Of a stretch of DNA of 20,000 nucleotides, positions 7,486 to 17,700 are shown in pieces (position 1 is the stretch's first letter; each line of letters begins with the position of its first letter). Both the position numbers and the translations under genes were made by a program. This stretch comes from an uncultured virus (IMG/VR IMGVR_UViG_3300023109_000008). Taxonomy: Duplodnaviria; Heunggongvirae; Uroviricota; Caudoviricetes. The notes under the pieces were generated by a model that was given only the letters and a program-made list of their open reading frames with translations, was not told the origin of the DNA and searched no databases. The stretch lies in the IMG/VR virus record IMGVR_UViG_3300023109_000008. One strand, given 5' to 3'.

Positions 7486-10400
7486 GTTTCGCACTTTTAC
7501 TAATCGTGGATTTTCGATTGGTAATGGTATCCCACAAGATCCAGCGCAGTTAGATCCTGCTGCGTTTAAAGGTTCGGTAATTTACACGATTACCGACGAA
7601 ATCCGTTATTCGGATGGAACGTCATGGATACCAGTTTCAGGTGCTCAAGGAACCACAGGTTTTCAAGGCCCAGATGGACTCCAAGGTATTCAAGGTGAAT
7701 ATGGGCCAGGATTTACAATCATTGGTTCTGTACCAGATGTAGATTCGGGTGGAGATCCACAGGCAACTCTTAATGCTGCGTTTGGATCTGCAAGTGTCGG
7801 TGACGGTGTCATTGATGACGCAGACGAAGAACTATGGATTTATGACGGTGTAAACTGGATTAACATTGGCACGTTTAGAGGTGTTCAAGGTTTCCAAGGC
7901 GTACAAGGCACACAGGGTGTGCAAGGTGATCTTGGCGCTAAAGGTGTCCAAGGTTTCAGAGGATTTAGAGGTTTCCAAGGTGTGCAGGGCGCACAAGGTA
8001 CTCAGGGTTTCCAAGGTATTCAAGGAGATCGTGGTTATCAGGGCGTACAAGGTATGCAGGGAACCCAAGGATTACAGGGTGATCAGGGTACTCAAGGATT
8101 GCAAGGCCCACAAGGCCCGCAAGGGACGCAAGGCGTTCAAGGTACTCAAGGCCCACAGGGAACTCAAGGGTTCCAAGGTGTTCAAGGTACAGACGGTGCA
8201 TTCGCAGGTCAGGGTGTGCAAGGCCCTCAAGGCCCTCAAGGTACTCAGGGACTTCAAGGTGTACAGGGTACACAAGGCCCACAGGCATTCCAAGGTGTAC
8301 AAGGTACGCAAGGTTGGCAAGGTGAGGCGATTCAAGGTATCCAAGGTCAACAAGGCCCGCAAGGAGTACAAGGTACTCAAGGTCTGCAAGGTGATCAGGG
8401 TACTCAAGGCGTACAAGGCCCACAAGGCACAAAAGGTTTTCAAGGAAATCAAGGCGTTCAAGGTACACAAGGTGGAACTGGTGACACTGGTTTGCAGGGT
8501 CTTCAAGGTACTCAAGGCCCACAGGGTGTACAAGGCCTTGAAGGTTATTACGGTGGTCTAACATTCGAATGGATCAACAACTCAACATCGGGTGATGAAT
8601 TCCCTGGCGTTGGGTATTTTGCGTTGGTCTCTGGAAGTACAAACTCTTCTACAGATGTTTACGCTGTTGACAAAATCTGGTTCGACGATAAACCATCTGA
8701 TAGTAATAGACGTATTGACGATCTATTCAATTACATAGATTCAAATCCAGGCGTTCCAAAAGGTCAGTTGATGATCAGAACGCCTCGTGATACAACTAAC
8801 AATGACTTTGAATTCCTACTCTATCAAATCGATGATTGGACATGGTATGGTAGTGGTAGTGGTGCAGAAGACAACGGTTGGTTTAATGTTACATTTATTG
8901 AAAAATCTCTTTTAGGTTCTGGTGGTGCAAACACAGTTTCTTGGGATGATGCAACTGCCCGTTATGGTGACACTGCAATCATTTCATTCATGCCTTCTGG
9001 CCCAGTTGGCCCAACAGGTATTCAAGGTGTTCAAGGTGATCTTGGTTTCCAAGGTACACAAGGTTTCCAAGGCATTCAAGGTATTCAAGGCGCTCAGGGT
9101 ATTCAGGGGTTCCAAGGATTCCAAGGTATCCAAGGGGAAGCCATTCAAGGTGTTCAAGGCCCACAGGGTACACTTGGTATTCAAGGTTTCCAAGGATTCC
9201 AAGGTATTCAAGGTCAAGAGGGATCTCGTGTATTTGAAGTAACCAATAACGGTAACATTGCATACACGATTGATGGACAAGACAACCCAACACTACAGTT
9301 GTTGAGAGGTTTCACATATACATTTGATGTGAATGCGTCTGGACATCCATTCTATCTTAAGACTTCACGTACACTTGGTACAGGTAACCAGTATACGCAA
9401 GGTGTCACGAATAACGGTGCTGCAGTTGGTCTAGTAACAATTAGGGTTGCGTATAACGCACCAGATCAGATCTTCTACCAGTGTTCTCTCCATTCTGGTA
9501 TGGGTGGAACAATTAATATTTCTGATCTTGGCCCTCAAGGTGTTCAAGGCCCACAAGGTGTACAGGGTGATCTTGGTATCCAAGGTGATTCGGGTTCCTT
9601 CGGTGGTGCAACATTTGACTACACATTCGATGGCGCAGGTACGACTGAGATTAACACTGCAGTCGGTGATATTCGTTTCAATAGTTCAACATTCACTAAT
9701 GTTACAGAAATTTATATCGACGAACGTGATGATAACTTCGTAAATTTAGACACTTACTATGCATCACTTGATACGGTAACTGGACTTGTCAAAGGTTCTT
9801 TGGTTGTTAAATCAAAGGCAGATCCTACTAACTTCTTTGTCTTCGATTATGAAGACATTACAGATGGTGGTGGATACTGGAAGTTCGAAGTTAATTATCT
9901 GACTGGTGCAGGTGCAAACTTTGCAGACAACGCAGACATCGTTGTCACATTTGCTCGTGCAGGTTCTACAGGTGCAGGCGTACAGGGTGCGCAAGGTACT
10001 GGTGGATTCCAAGGAACTGCAGGTAATCAGGGTATCCAAGGTGTTCAAGGTATCGGAAACCAAGGTACGCAGGGTATTCAAGGTATACAAGGTGACTTAG
10101 GTACACAGGGTTCAACAGGAACTGGAGCACAGGGTATTCAAGGCCCACAGGGTGCTGACGGTTTCCAAGGTGGATCAGGTTTCCAAGGTGCATCTGGTGC
10201 AGGTTCTCAGGGTGTACAAGGTATTCAAGGCGTTCAAGGTAATCAGGGTATTGCTGGTGAAGGCGCACAAGGTATTCAAGGTGGATTTGGTTCACAAGGT
10301 GTCCAAGGTATGCAGGGTGCTCAAGGCCCAACTGCGCAAGGTTCAGGTGGTTTGCCTGGCCCGCCCGGCGCACAGGGTTTCCAAGGTATCCAAGGTACTC

Positions 10401-11377
10401 AGGGTTTCCAAGGTGGAACTGGATTTGGTAACGTTGGTAACCAAGGTGTACAAGGCCCTCAAGGCCCACAAGGATTCCAAGGTACTTCTGGATTTATCGG
10501 TGGTTCTGGTGTACAGGGTGTGCAGGGTGTTCAAGGCCCACAGGGTGCTGATGGTTCGGATAGTACTGCACAAGGTGCACAAGGCCCACAAGGTATGCAA
10601 GGCCCGCCAGGCATTGGTGAAGAAGGTCTTCAAGGTAATCAGGGTGTCCAAGGTTTCCGTGGATTCCAAGGTGAAGCGATTACTGGTGGAGGCGGTGTCC
10701 AAGGCCCTAGAGGTTTCCAAGGCCCACAAGGTGAAGGTGGTGTTCAAGGTGTGCCAGGCTCTGGTTCAGACGGTCTGCAAGGTTTCAGAGGATTCCAAGG
10801 TGAGGCTGGTGAACCAGTTCAAGGCCCTGCAGGTGCAGGGGCGCAAGGTACTCAGGGTGTACAAGGTGTCCAAGGTGATCCTGGCGTCCAAGGTGGAATT
10901 GGGGTTGGTAATGATGGAACACAGGGTGTCCAAGGTATTCAAGGCCCACAAGGTGATCTTGGTATACAGGGTGTCCAAGGTGAATTCATGCAGGGTGAAC
11001 AGGGGATCCAAGGTGAACAAGGTCTCATCGGTCTCCAAGGTTCAGACGGTCTGCAAGGCCCTGCTGGGCCAGGCAACTCTGCTGCAACTATTGATGTTCA
11101 GAACATCTATGGTAGTGGACTGGAAGCGTCTAACATGTTTGTCACGTTTGTGGCGGGTGGTTCTGGACAGAGAGATCTGTATGGTACACTTGGCCCGAAC
11201 TCTGGTGGACAACAGAACTTCTTCTATAATACTGATGCCGATCAGATGTATATCGAAAATATCTCTGCAGATGGTAATGTATATGCAGCGGGTGCACTCA
11301 TTGGTTCCCATCAGGATCCATCAAACAGAACATTGATTATCAGAAATGCCGCAGGGACTGTTGTGTGGGGTACTTAA
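7475..11377 (+). CDS. Collagen-like (Gly-X-Gln) fibre protein, 1300 aa, with interspersed globular domains including a cupredoxin-like domain
   Basis: Long G-X-Y tracts with Y mostly Gln, at about 7640-7710, 7880-8545, 8999-9223, 9530-9595 and 9962-11074. Non-repetitive domains lie between them. Strong RBS. Confidence 0.9.
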   Translation: MSTRFRTFTNRGFSIGNGIPQDPAQLDPAAFKGSVIYTITDEIRYSDGTSWIPVSGAQGTTGFQGPDGLQGIQGEYGPGFTIIGSVPDVDSGGDPQATLNAAFGSASVGDGVIDDADEELWIYDGVNWINIGTFRGVQGFQGVQGTQGVQGDLGAKGVQGFRGFRGFQGVQGAQGTQGFQGIQGDRGYQGVQGMQGTQGLQGDQGTQGLQGPQGPQGTQGVQGTQGPQGTQGFQGVQGTDGAFAGQGVQGPQGPQGTQGLQGVQGTQGPQAFQGVQGTQGWQGEAIQGIQGQQGPQGVQGTQGLQGDQGTQGVQGPQGTKGFQGNQGVQGTQGGTGDTGLQGLQGTQGPQGVQGLEGYYGGLTFEWINNSTSGDEFPGVGYFALVSGSTNSSTDVYAVDKIWFDDKPSDSNRRIDDLFNYIDSNPGVPKGQLMIRTPRDTTNNDFEFLLYQIDDWTWYGSGSGAEDNGWFNVTFIEKSLLGSGGANTVSWDDATARYGDTAIISFMPSGPVGPTGIQGVQGDLGFQGTQGFQGIQGIQGAQGIQGFQGFQGIQGEAIQGVQGPQGTLGIQGFQGFQGIQGQEGSRVFEVTNNGNIAYTIDGQDNPTLQLLRGFTYTFDVNASGHPFYLKTSRTLGTGNQYTQGVTNNGAAVGLVTIRVAYNAPDQIFYQCSLHSGMGGTINISDLGPQGVQGPQGVQGDLGIQGDSGSFGGATFDYTFDGAGTTEINTAVGDIRFNSSTFTNVTEIYIDERDDNFVNLDTYYASLDTVTGLVKGSLVVKSKADPTNFFVFDYEDITDGGGYWKFEVNYLTGAGANFADNADIVVTFARAGSTGAGVQGAQGTGGFQGTAGNQGIQGVQGIGNQGTQGIQGIQGDLGTQGSTGTGAQGIQGPQGADGFQGGSGFQGASGAGSQGVQGIQGVQGNQGIAGEGAQGIQGGFGSQGVQGMQGAQGPTAQGSGGLPGPPGAQGFQGIQGTQGFQGGTGFGNVGNQGVQGPQGPQGFQGTSGFIGGSGVQGVQGVQGPQGADGSDSTAQGAQGPQGMQGPPGIGEEGLQGNQGVQGFRGFQGEAITGGGGVQGPRGFQGPQGEGGVQGVPGSGSDGLQGFRGFQGEAGEPVQGPAGAGAQGTQGVQGVQGDPGVQGGIGVGNDGTQGVQGIQGPQGDLGIQGVQGEFMQGEQGIQGEQGLIGLQGSDGLQGPAGPGNSAATIDVQNIYGSGLEASNMFVTFVAGGSGQRDLYGTLGPNSGGQQNFFYNTDADQMYIENISADGNVYAAGALIGSHQDPSNRTLIIRNAAGTVVWGT
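7880..11074 (+). repeat. Collagen triplet repeats (9-nt period, CAAGGT/CAGGGT core)
   Basis: A very large number of caaggt/cagggt/caaggc units at 9-nt periodicity encode GxQ; four tracts fall in this interval. Confidence 0.95.
9230..9526 (+). other. Cupredoxin-like domain with putative type-1 copper ligands, within the collagen fibre
   Basis: ...NASGHPFYL...IFYQCSLHSGMGGTINISD: His at 9344, Cys 9482, His 9491, Met 9500. The C-x2-H-x2-M spacing is as in amicyanin. Confidence 0.7.
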
Positions 11378-11393
11378 TGTTTTGAGTGCGTTA

Positions 11394-11401
11394 TATAAAT
11401 A
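11394..11401 (+). promoter_or_regulatory. T4-type late promoter TATAAATA (gp55 sigma)
   Basis: Exact T4 late consensus in the 44-nt intergenic gap, 20 nt before ATG 11422, in a structural gene cluster. Confidence 0.85.
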
Positions 11402-11421
11402 AAAGAAAAAAGAGAACGTAG

Positions 11422-11757
11422 ATGGCCACTCAAGCAAACATTTATATAGACCAAGGTACAGATTTTCGTGTCGACTTAAACTTGTTTGACGGCGACGACG
11501 ATCCGTTAGCGATATCTGTACTCGATTTCTTCGCTGACATTAAAAAAATATACACGACAGGCAGCCCGCTTACTAGTTTTACTATCGAAAAGGATCTGGC
11601 GACAGCAACAATAACGCTCGTCCTTACTGATGTTCAAACGCAATCTTTGAAGCCAGGGAAATACCAATATGATGTACTAATGCGAAAACAATCTGGAGAA
11701 ATGTCGAAGATACTTGAGGGACTTGCCTTTATCGTAGATACAATTACAGAGGTCTAA
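11422..11757 (+). CDS. Small virion protein, BppU-N-like/baseplate-fibre adaptor type (111 aa)
   Basis: The pattern NIYIDQGTDF...ITLVLTDVQTQSLKPGKYQYDVLM...KILEG is typical of small Ig-like adaptor proteins that precede fibre genes in T4-like marine phages (from memory). It lies behind the late promoter. Confidence 0.7.
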   Translation: MATQANIYIDQGTDFRVDLNLFDGDDDPLAISVLDFFADIKKIYTTGSPLTSFTIEKDLATATITLVLTDVQTQSLKPGKYQYDVLMRKQSGEMSKILEGLAFIVDTITEV

Positions 11758-11758
11758 G

Positions 11759-14700
11759 ATGGCAATTAAAGTCGTAGTCGGTTCATCACCACAAAGATCT
11801 GTTACGACAGTTCTAGAAGGCGAAAAGAAACCCCTCATAACTCCAGATTCAGTTACGCTCGGTATTGATACCGTTGGCGAATACGTTGCCACGCTCGGTA
11901 TATCAGGAAATGGTCTTATTATTACGCCTGAGGATGCGAATACTCGCAACCTTGAAACTTCTAATATCATTCTTGCTCACGCAAACACATCTTCAGAACT
12001 TAGTACAAATAACGATATACTAGGGTTCGTTCAGAACGTTGGTATTGATGAGTTTGGTCACGTAGATCTATTAAGTAGTCTATCATTCGATCCTCAGAAC
12101 TTTACAAATTCTAATGGAGTAATTACCACCAATCCAATTCAGATTGGTGATCTTATTCTTCAGAACAGTGATAACACTGCCGTCCTTAGTGGATTGACAG
12201 AGATTGGTGTTGGTGATCTTACGATTGCAAACACAACAATTGCATCCCCATCAAATCTACTTCTTGATGTTGCATCGAATGGTTTCATTACCTTCGGAGG
12301 CAATGAAGTTGTTGATCTTCCAACTCCGACATCTAACTCTGCGCCAACGACAAAAGAATATGTGGACTTAGAAATCCTTGCATTGGAAACAGGTCTTCTC
12401 TTTGTTGGAGATCCAATCGATCCAAATGATGGAGCTAACAAACGGTACGTTGATGCGGTTGCAGAGATTGTATCTCGTTCGAAGTCTGTCAAGGCTGCAA
12501 CAACTGCAGATCTTGGTGGGACGTTTGATTCGGGTAACACCACCTATGGTGCGACAATCACACTGGATCCATCAACACAACTCAATATCGATGATGTTGT
12601 AATCTGGTCTAAAGGAGATAGTCTACTTGTAAAAGATCAGACTAATCCATTAGAAAACGGTACATATGATATTCTAACAGTTGGTAATCAATTTGTCAAC
12701 TGGGTAATTCAAAGAAATATTTTTGAAGATGATAGTAATGAGTTGCCAGGCTCGTTTGAATTTGTTACAGATGGTACAACAAACAGAGATAAAGGTTTCG
12801 TTGCAACTGTTGTTGATGCAGAAACTTTTGTTATTGACCAAGACGATGTTGTATATCAACAGTTCTTTGGTGGCGGTAACCTCTCTGCAGGTAAAGATCT
12901 CACACTGATTGATGATAGAGAATTTGCTTTAAATTCAAATGTCACATTAGAGTCTATCACTTCTTTAGATCTTGAAGATCTTGTCATTACATCTAACACT
13001 GTTACGATTGACTCCACTGGTGGATTTGTCATCCCTGCTGGTACAACAGATCAAAGAACCACTCCACAACAAGGTATGATTCGTTATAATATTACGGACT
13101 CAAGATTTGAGGCGTATAATGGTAATGTGTGGACTGGACTTGGTGGAACAGTTGATGCTGATCAGGATACATTTGTTCGTGCAGAATCTTCTTCTGGTGC
13201 AGACAATGATGAACTAGAATTCTTTACTGGTGGTACACTAAGGTTAAACCTCGCCAATACTGGTAACCTTACCTTTGGTCACGCTCAGAATAAATTTACT
13301 GTTGACTATGATAACGGTAACACTATAATTGATGGTTCCTTAACTATCAACACTGATACTATTCTTGGTGCAGGGGAAGTTTCTTACTTCAATCAACTTG
13401 GTGCGATAAAACTACCAAACGGTGCGACTTATCAGAGACCATCTCCACCTGCGCCTGGCATGATCAGGTTCAATACAACTGATTCACGTTTCGAAGGTTA
13501 TGATGGTAGTATCTGGTCAGGACTAGCAGGTTCTGTTATTGACGTTGACCAAGATACAAAGATTATTGCGGAATCATCTCCAAACGCAGATAACGATCAG
13601 ATCCAGTTCTTCACTCAGAATGCGAACAGACTGACTATCGAAGCGAATGGTATGATCACAACGCCTGGCGCTGATACTGATTTAGAGATAGTACCTAGTG
13701 GTAATCTTTTAGTGGGTAACACTATTATATCGCAAGTTGCTGACCCTGTCAACCCCCAAGATGCAGTTACTTTAAATTATTTGGAGAATGGTGGTTTTGC
13801 ATCCACACTAACAATCATCGATGGTGCAAACTCATCTAACTTTGCAATCCTTGAAGATCCTCAGATTACTCTTGGACAAGGTCTTGAACTTAAAGGCGTT
13901 GATGAAAATGCAAATGAGATGGAACTGGCAGTTGCAAACACTGGTGTCCAAGCAGGTATGTACGGTAACGATGGGTTCTCACCTCGTATTCGTATCACAC
14001 CAGATGGACGTGTTGACTTTGCGACAGAGATTCCAGTAGAACTTCAAGCGAACGCTATTCCAGACTTTACAGAGACCTCTCGTGACATCATCGGTTTGAT
14101 GTTTACAGATGGTTTCAATGCAGGTCTTCACAACGGTGTTGTAATTACTCACAACGATGGTGACGACTTGTTCGAAGTCGATCTTGTTGCGAATACAGTT
14201 TCACGTGTAATTGCAGGTAACGATGGTGTCCTTGTTGACAATGGTCAGACAGGTAATAACGCACCAACTCCTTTGGCGACTGCAAGAATTTATCACAACG
14301 CTACGTCTACTGTTGCGAACACTGCGAACTTTGGTGGCAACTTTATTCAGAACATGTCCTTCGATCAATACGGACACGTTGCAGATCTTGCGACTGCGAA
14401 CACAGATAACCTTTACTATAGGTTAGATGGTGCAGTTGAGGGTACAGGAGTTCTGGTTGCGGCATCATTTGCAGACTCTGCGAACACAGATTATTATCTT
14501 AACCCATTCGAAACTTCTCGTATCAAAAACCTTATTCTTGGTTATGGTGCACCCAACTCATTCCTTGAGATGTCAGATGGGCCTCTGGAAACAGATAAGT
14601 CTTTCATCTATGCATCTGGTGGTGAAATCGGATTTGTTGACAATTCCTTAAATTACTTTGCGAAGGCAAACCGTTCAACTGGTGACTTCACAATCACTGG

Positions 14701-17700
14701 TGCGTTGATTGCTGGTGGTTTTGCAGATACGCAAGACACATCATTCGTAATCAACCCTGCTGCAAACTCAAACGTTTACAACTTCTTTGTTGAAAATGCA
14801 ATGTATCTCAAAGACAATGTCAATGAGATGGTATGGGATAGTACATCAGTTTCTTCAAATAATGGTATTCTTGAATTTAACGGAACTATTCTACGTAACA
14901 TTGGTGCGGCAGAACTCGACAACGATGCGGTTACACTTGGTTATCTGAATGCCCAGTTGTTGGGTGGTGAAGGTATTAGTCTTTCTAATACATTTACTGT
15001 TGATGCCAACGTTGACGATAGTACACTTACTATTATTAATGACGTAATCCAAGTCAAAGATCAGGGTATCACAAACCAACAAATCTTTGAACCATTTATC
15101 AAACTGACTGGTGAAACAAATCCAATCATTCCAGAAAGTTTTGTCACTGCAAACTTGACTTTGTTTGATGGTTCAAACTGGTTGGTGAATGGTTCTCTAC
15201 GTGATGAAACTTATTCTGCACAATCAGAACCAGAACTAACAATATACATTGGTGACACAGTCAACTTCTCTGTTTCTGGTGCAAACACTATTGCGTTATA
15301 CATCAAAACTTCAGAAACTGCAGGTAGTGGAGATCAGGCATCTGGTGTAACAAACCAAGGTGCGACTGGTGGAGAAACACTTACATTCGTTCCAGACACT
15401 GTCGGTACATTCTATTACATTGATGGTGCAGACACAAACCGTTCTGGTGTAATTAATGTTCTACAACAATACACACCAGACGAAAACGTTTATCTTGGTG
15501 AGACAATTAACTTTGTCGCTGGTGAGGGTATTAACACAGTAGTATCCAATAACACCATTACGATATCTGCAGAATTCGCTACAGAATTTGCATCAAATGA
15601 TAACAGGGGTGTCGCCGCATTTGTCGATACTGACTTCGTTGTTTCGAATGGTGTTGTTGAACTGGCGAATACTGGTGTGACTGCAGGGACTTATGGTTCT
15701 GCCTCTCAAATTCCAGTTCTAGAAATAGATGAACATGGTCTCATTCGTGTTGCAAACACATCTGCAGTTGCAGGCGTGGACAACATGCAGTGGAATACTG
15801 CGAACAACACACTTACCACTGAAACTGGTGACGGTTCATCATTCCACACATTCATTAATACCTTCGGTGCAAATACATTCTTCTCAGACAATGTTGGGAT
15901 TACAGGTAGTCTCTTTGTAGGTGGATTGGTCGACGGACGTGACATTGCACTGGATGGTGCAAAACTAGATCTTCTTGAAGATGGTCTTGAACTAACACTT
16001 GACGGTAAGGTAACAGGAACTGCCACTTCTAACACAGGAGTGATGACACTTACAACTGAACTTGCCAACACTGGTGTGGTTGCAGACACTTATGGTTCAT
16101 CTACTGAGATTCCAATTATTACAATTGACGAAGACGGTAGAATTACTCTTGCAAACACTGCTGCTGTTGCAGGGGTTGACTCGTTCTCATACGAACCTGC
16201 AAACAATACAATCACTCTGGTTACTGGTGATGGATCTGAATTCCATCTTCAAACACAGACAACTGTAACACTTGATGGTGATGTAACTGGTACTGCAACG
16301 TCTTCGAATGGTAGTGTAGAAATTACTACAGACATATCGACTACTGGTGTTGTTGCAGGGGTTTACGGTACTGCATCTCAGATTCCTGTGGTTACAGTCG
16401 CTGCGGATGGTCGTATCACATCTATGTCCAACACTGCAGTGGCGGGTGTTGAAGACTTCTTCTATTCATCTGGAAACAATACTCTACACTTGGAGACAGG
16501 TGATGGTTCTGAGTTCCTCGCAAGAATTGATCTGTTCGGTGAAACAATCGACGGTGATGTATCATTCAATGGTGACATGTCTGTTAATGGCGACATTACT
16601 GCTACAGGAAATGTTTCGGTTGGAGAGACACTCACAGTTAATGGAACTGAAGTACTCGTAACAAATACAGAAATCCTAGAGGGTATTAAAACAGTTGATG
16701 GCGCAGGTTCATCACTTGATGCAGACTTACTTGACGGACTTCATGCATCAGACATCTTGGCACAGGCTGCAAACACTGCAACTGGAAGTATCGGTAACGG
16801 TACAATTGATATTGATACTGGTGATGGTCTGGATGGTAGTGGTACATTTAACCTAAATGATTTTACAAATACCTCTATCACATTTACTCACAGTAATACC
16901 TCAGATATAGCAAATACTAGTCTTGCAGATGGTAATGTAATTACTGGAATGGACTTTGATCAGTTTGGTCATGTAATAACAACTTCAAGTACAGATCTTG
17001 ACGGTAGATATTATACAGAAACTGAACTTGACAATGGTGCACTAGACTCTTTGTACTTCAATGTAACAGGTGACACTGTAACTGGCAACAGCGTATTTGA
17101 AGAAAATGTTGACATAGATGGTAACCTTGTTGTAGATGGTACAATCAATCGTGATCCTCGCATTACCCTCAATGGTTTTGTTAATGGTTTCACAGATCTG
17201 GTAAACCTCGCAAACGGTTCGATGACTACATCTACTGACACAGAGATCCTCGTTGGTGGTGGTCTAACAGGTGGTGGGTCGATCAATGCGAACGTTACTA
17301 TTTCTCATGCAGATACTTCCTCAGTAGCGAACGTTGCAGGTGTCGCAGAGAAAGAAGTTCTTAACGAGATCTCATTCGACGAGTTCGGACACGTAGTCGC
17401 TGCAAATACAAAAATACTTGAATTCATTTCTCAGACAGAGGCGGATGCAAGATACGTAAATGAAGATGGGGATGTAATGACAGGGAACCTAGAGGTTCAG
17501 GCTGTCATCTCTCAAGAACATTCTGCATTCTTTAACGCAACACTCACGACAACTGCAACCAGTTCACAAATATTGTTTTCATTTGATGAAACAGCATATT
17601 GTGGCGGTGAAGTTGTTATCACTGCAACTCGTGGTATAAATAGACATATCACAAAGATGATGATTGCGCACAATGGTACAACTCTGAATGCAACTGAGTT

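Noticed and set aside
7880..11074. Possible CRISPR array or DNA-level tandem repeat/DGR
   Set aside because: The periodicity is 9 nt with synonymous variation, so it is protein-level collagen. There are no constant repeats with unique spacers, no adenine-specific TR/VR pair and no reverse transcriptase.
7866..11336. Long alternative-frame ORFs over the collagen gene (7866-8561, 8922-9242, 10152-11336 on +; several on -)
   Set aside because: The Lys/Val- or Leu/Thr-rich periodic products are by-products of the stop-poor CAAGGT repeat. I saw no convincing RBS or slippery site.
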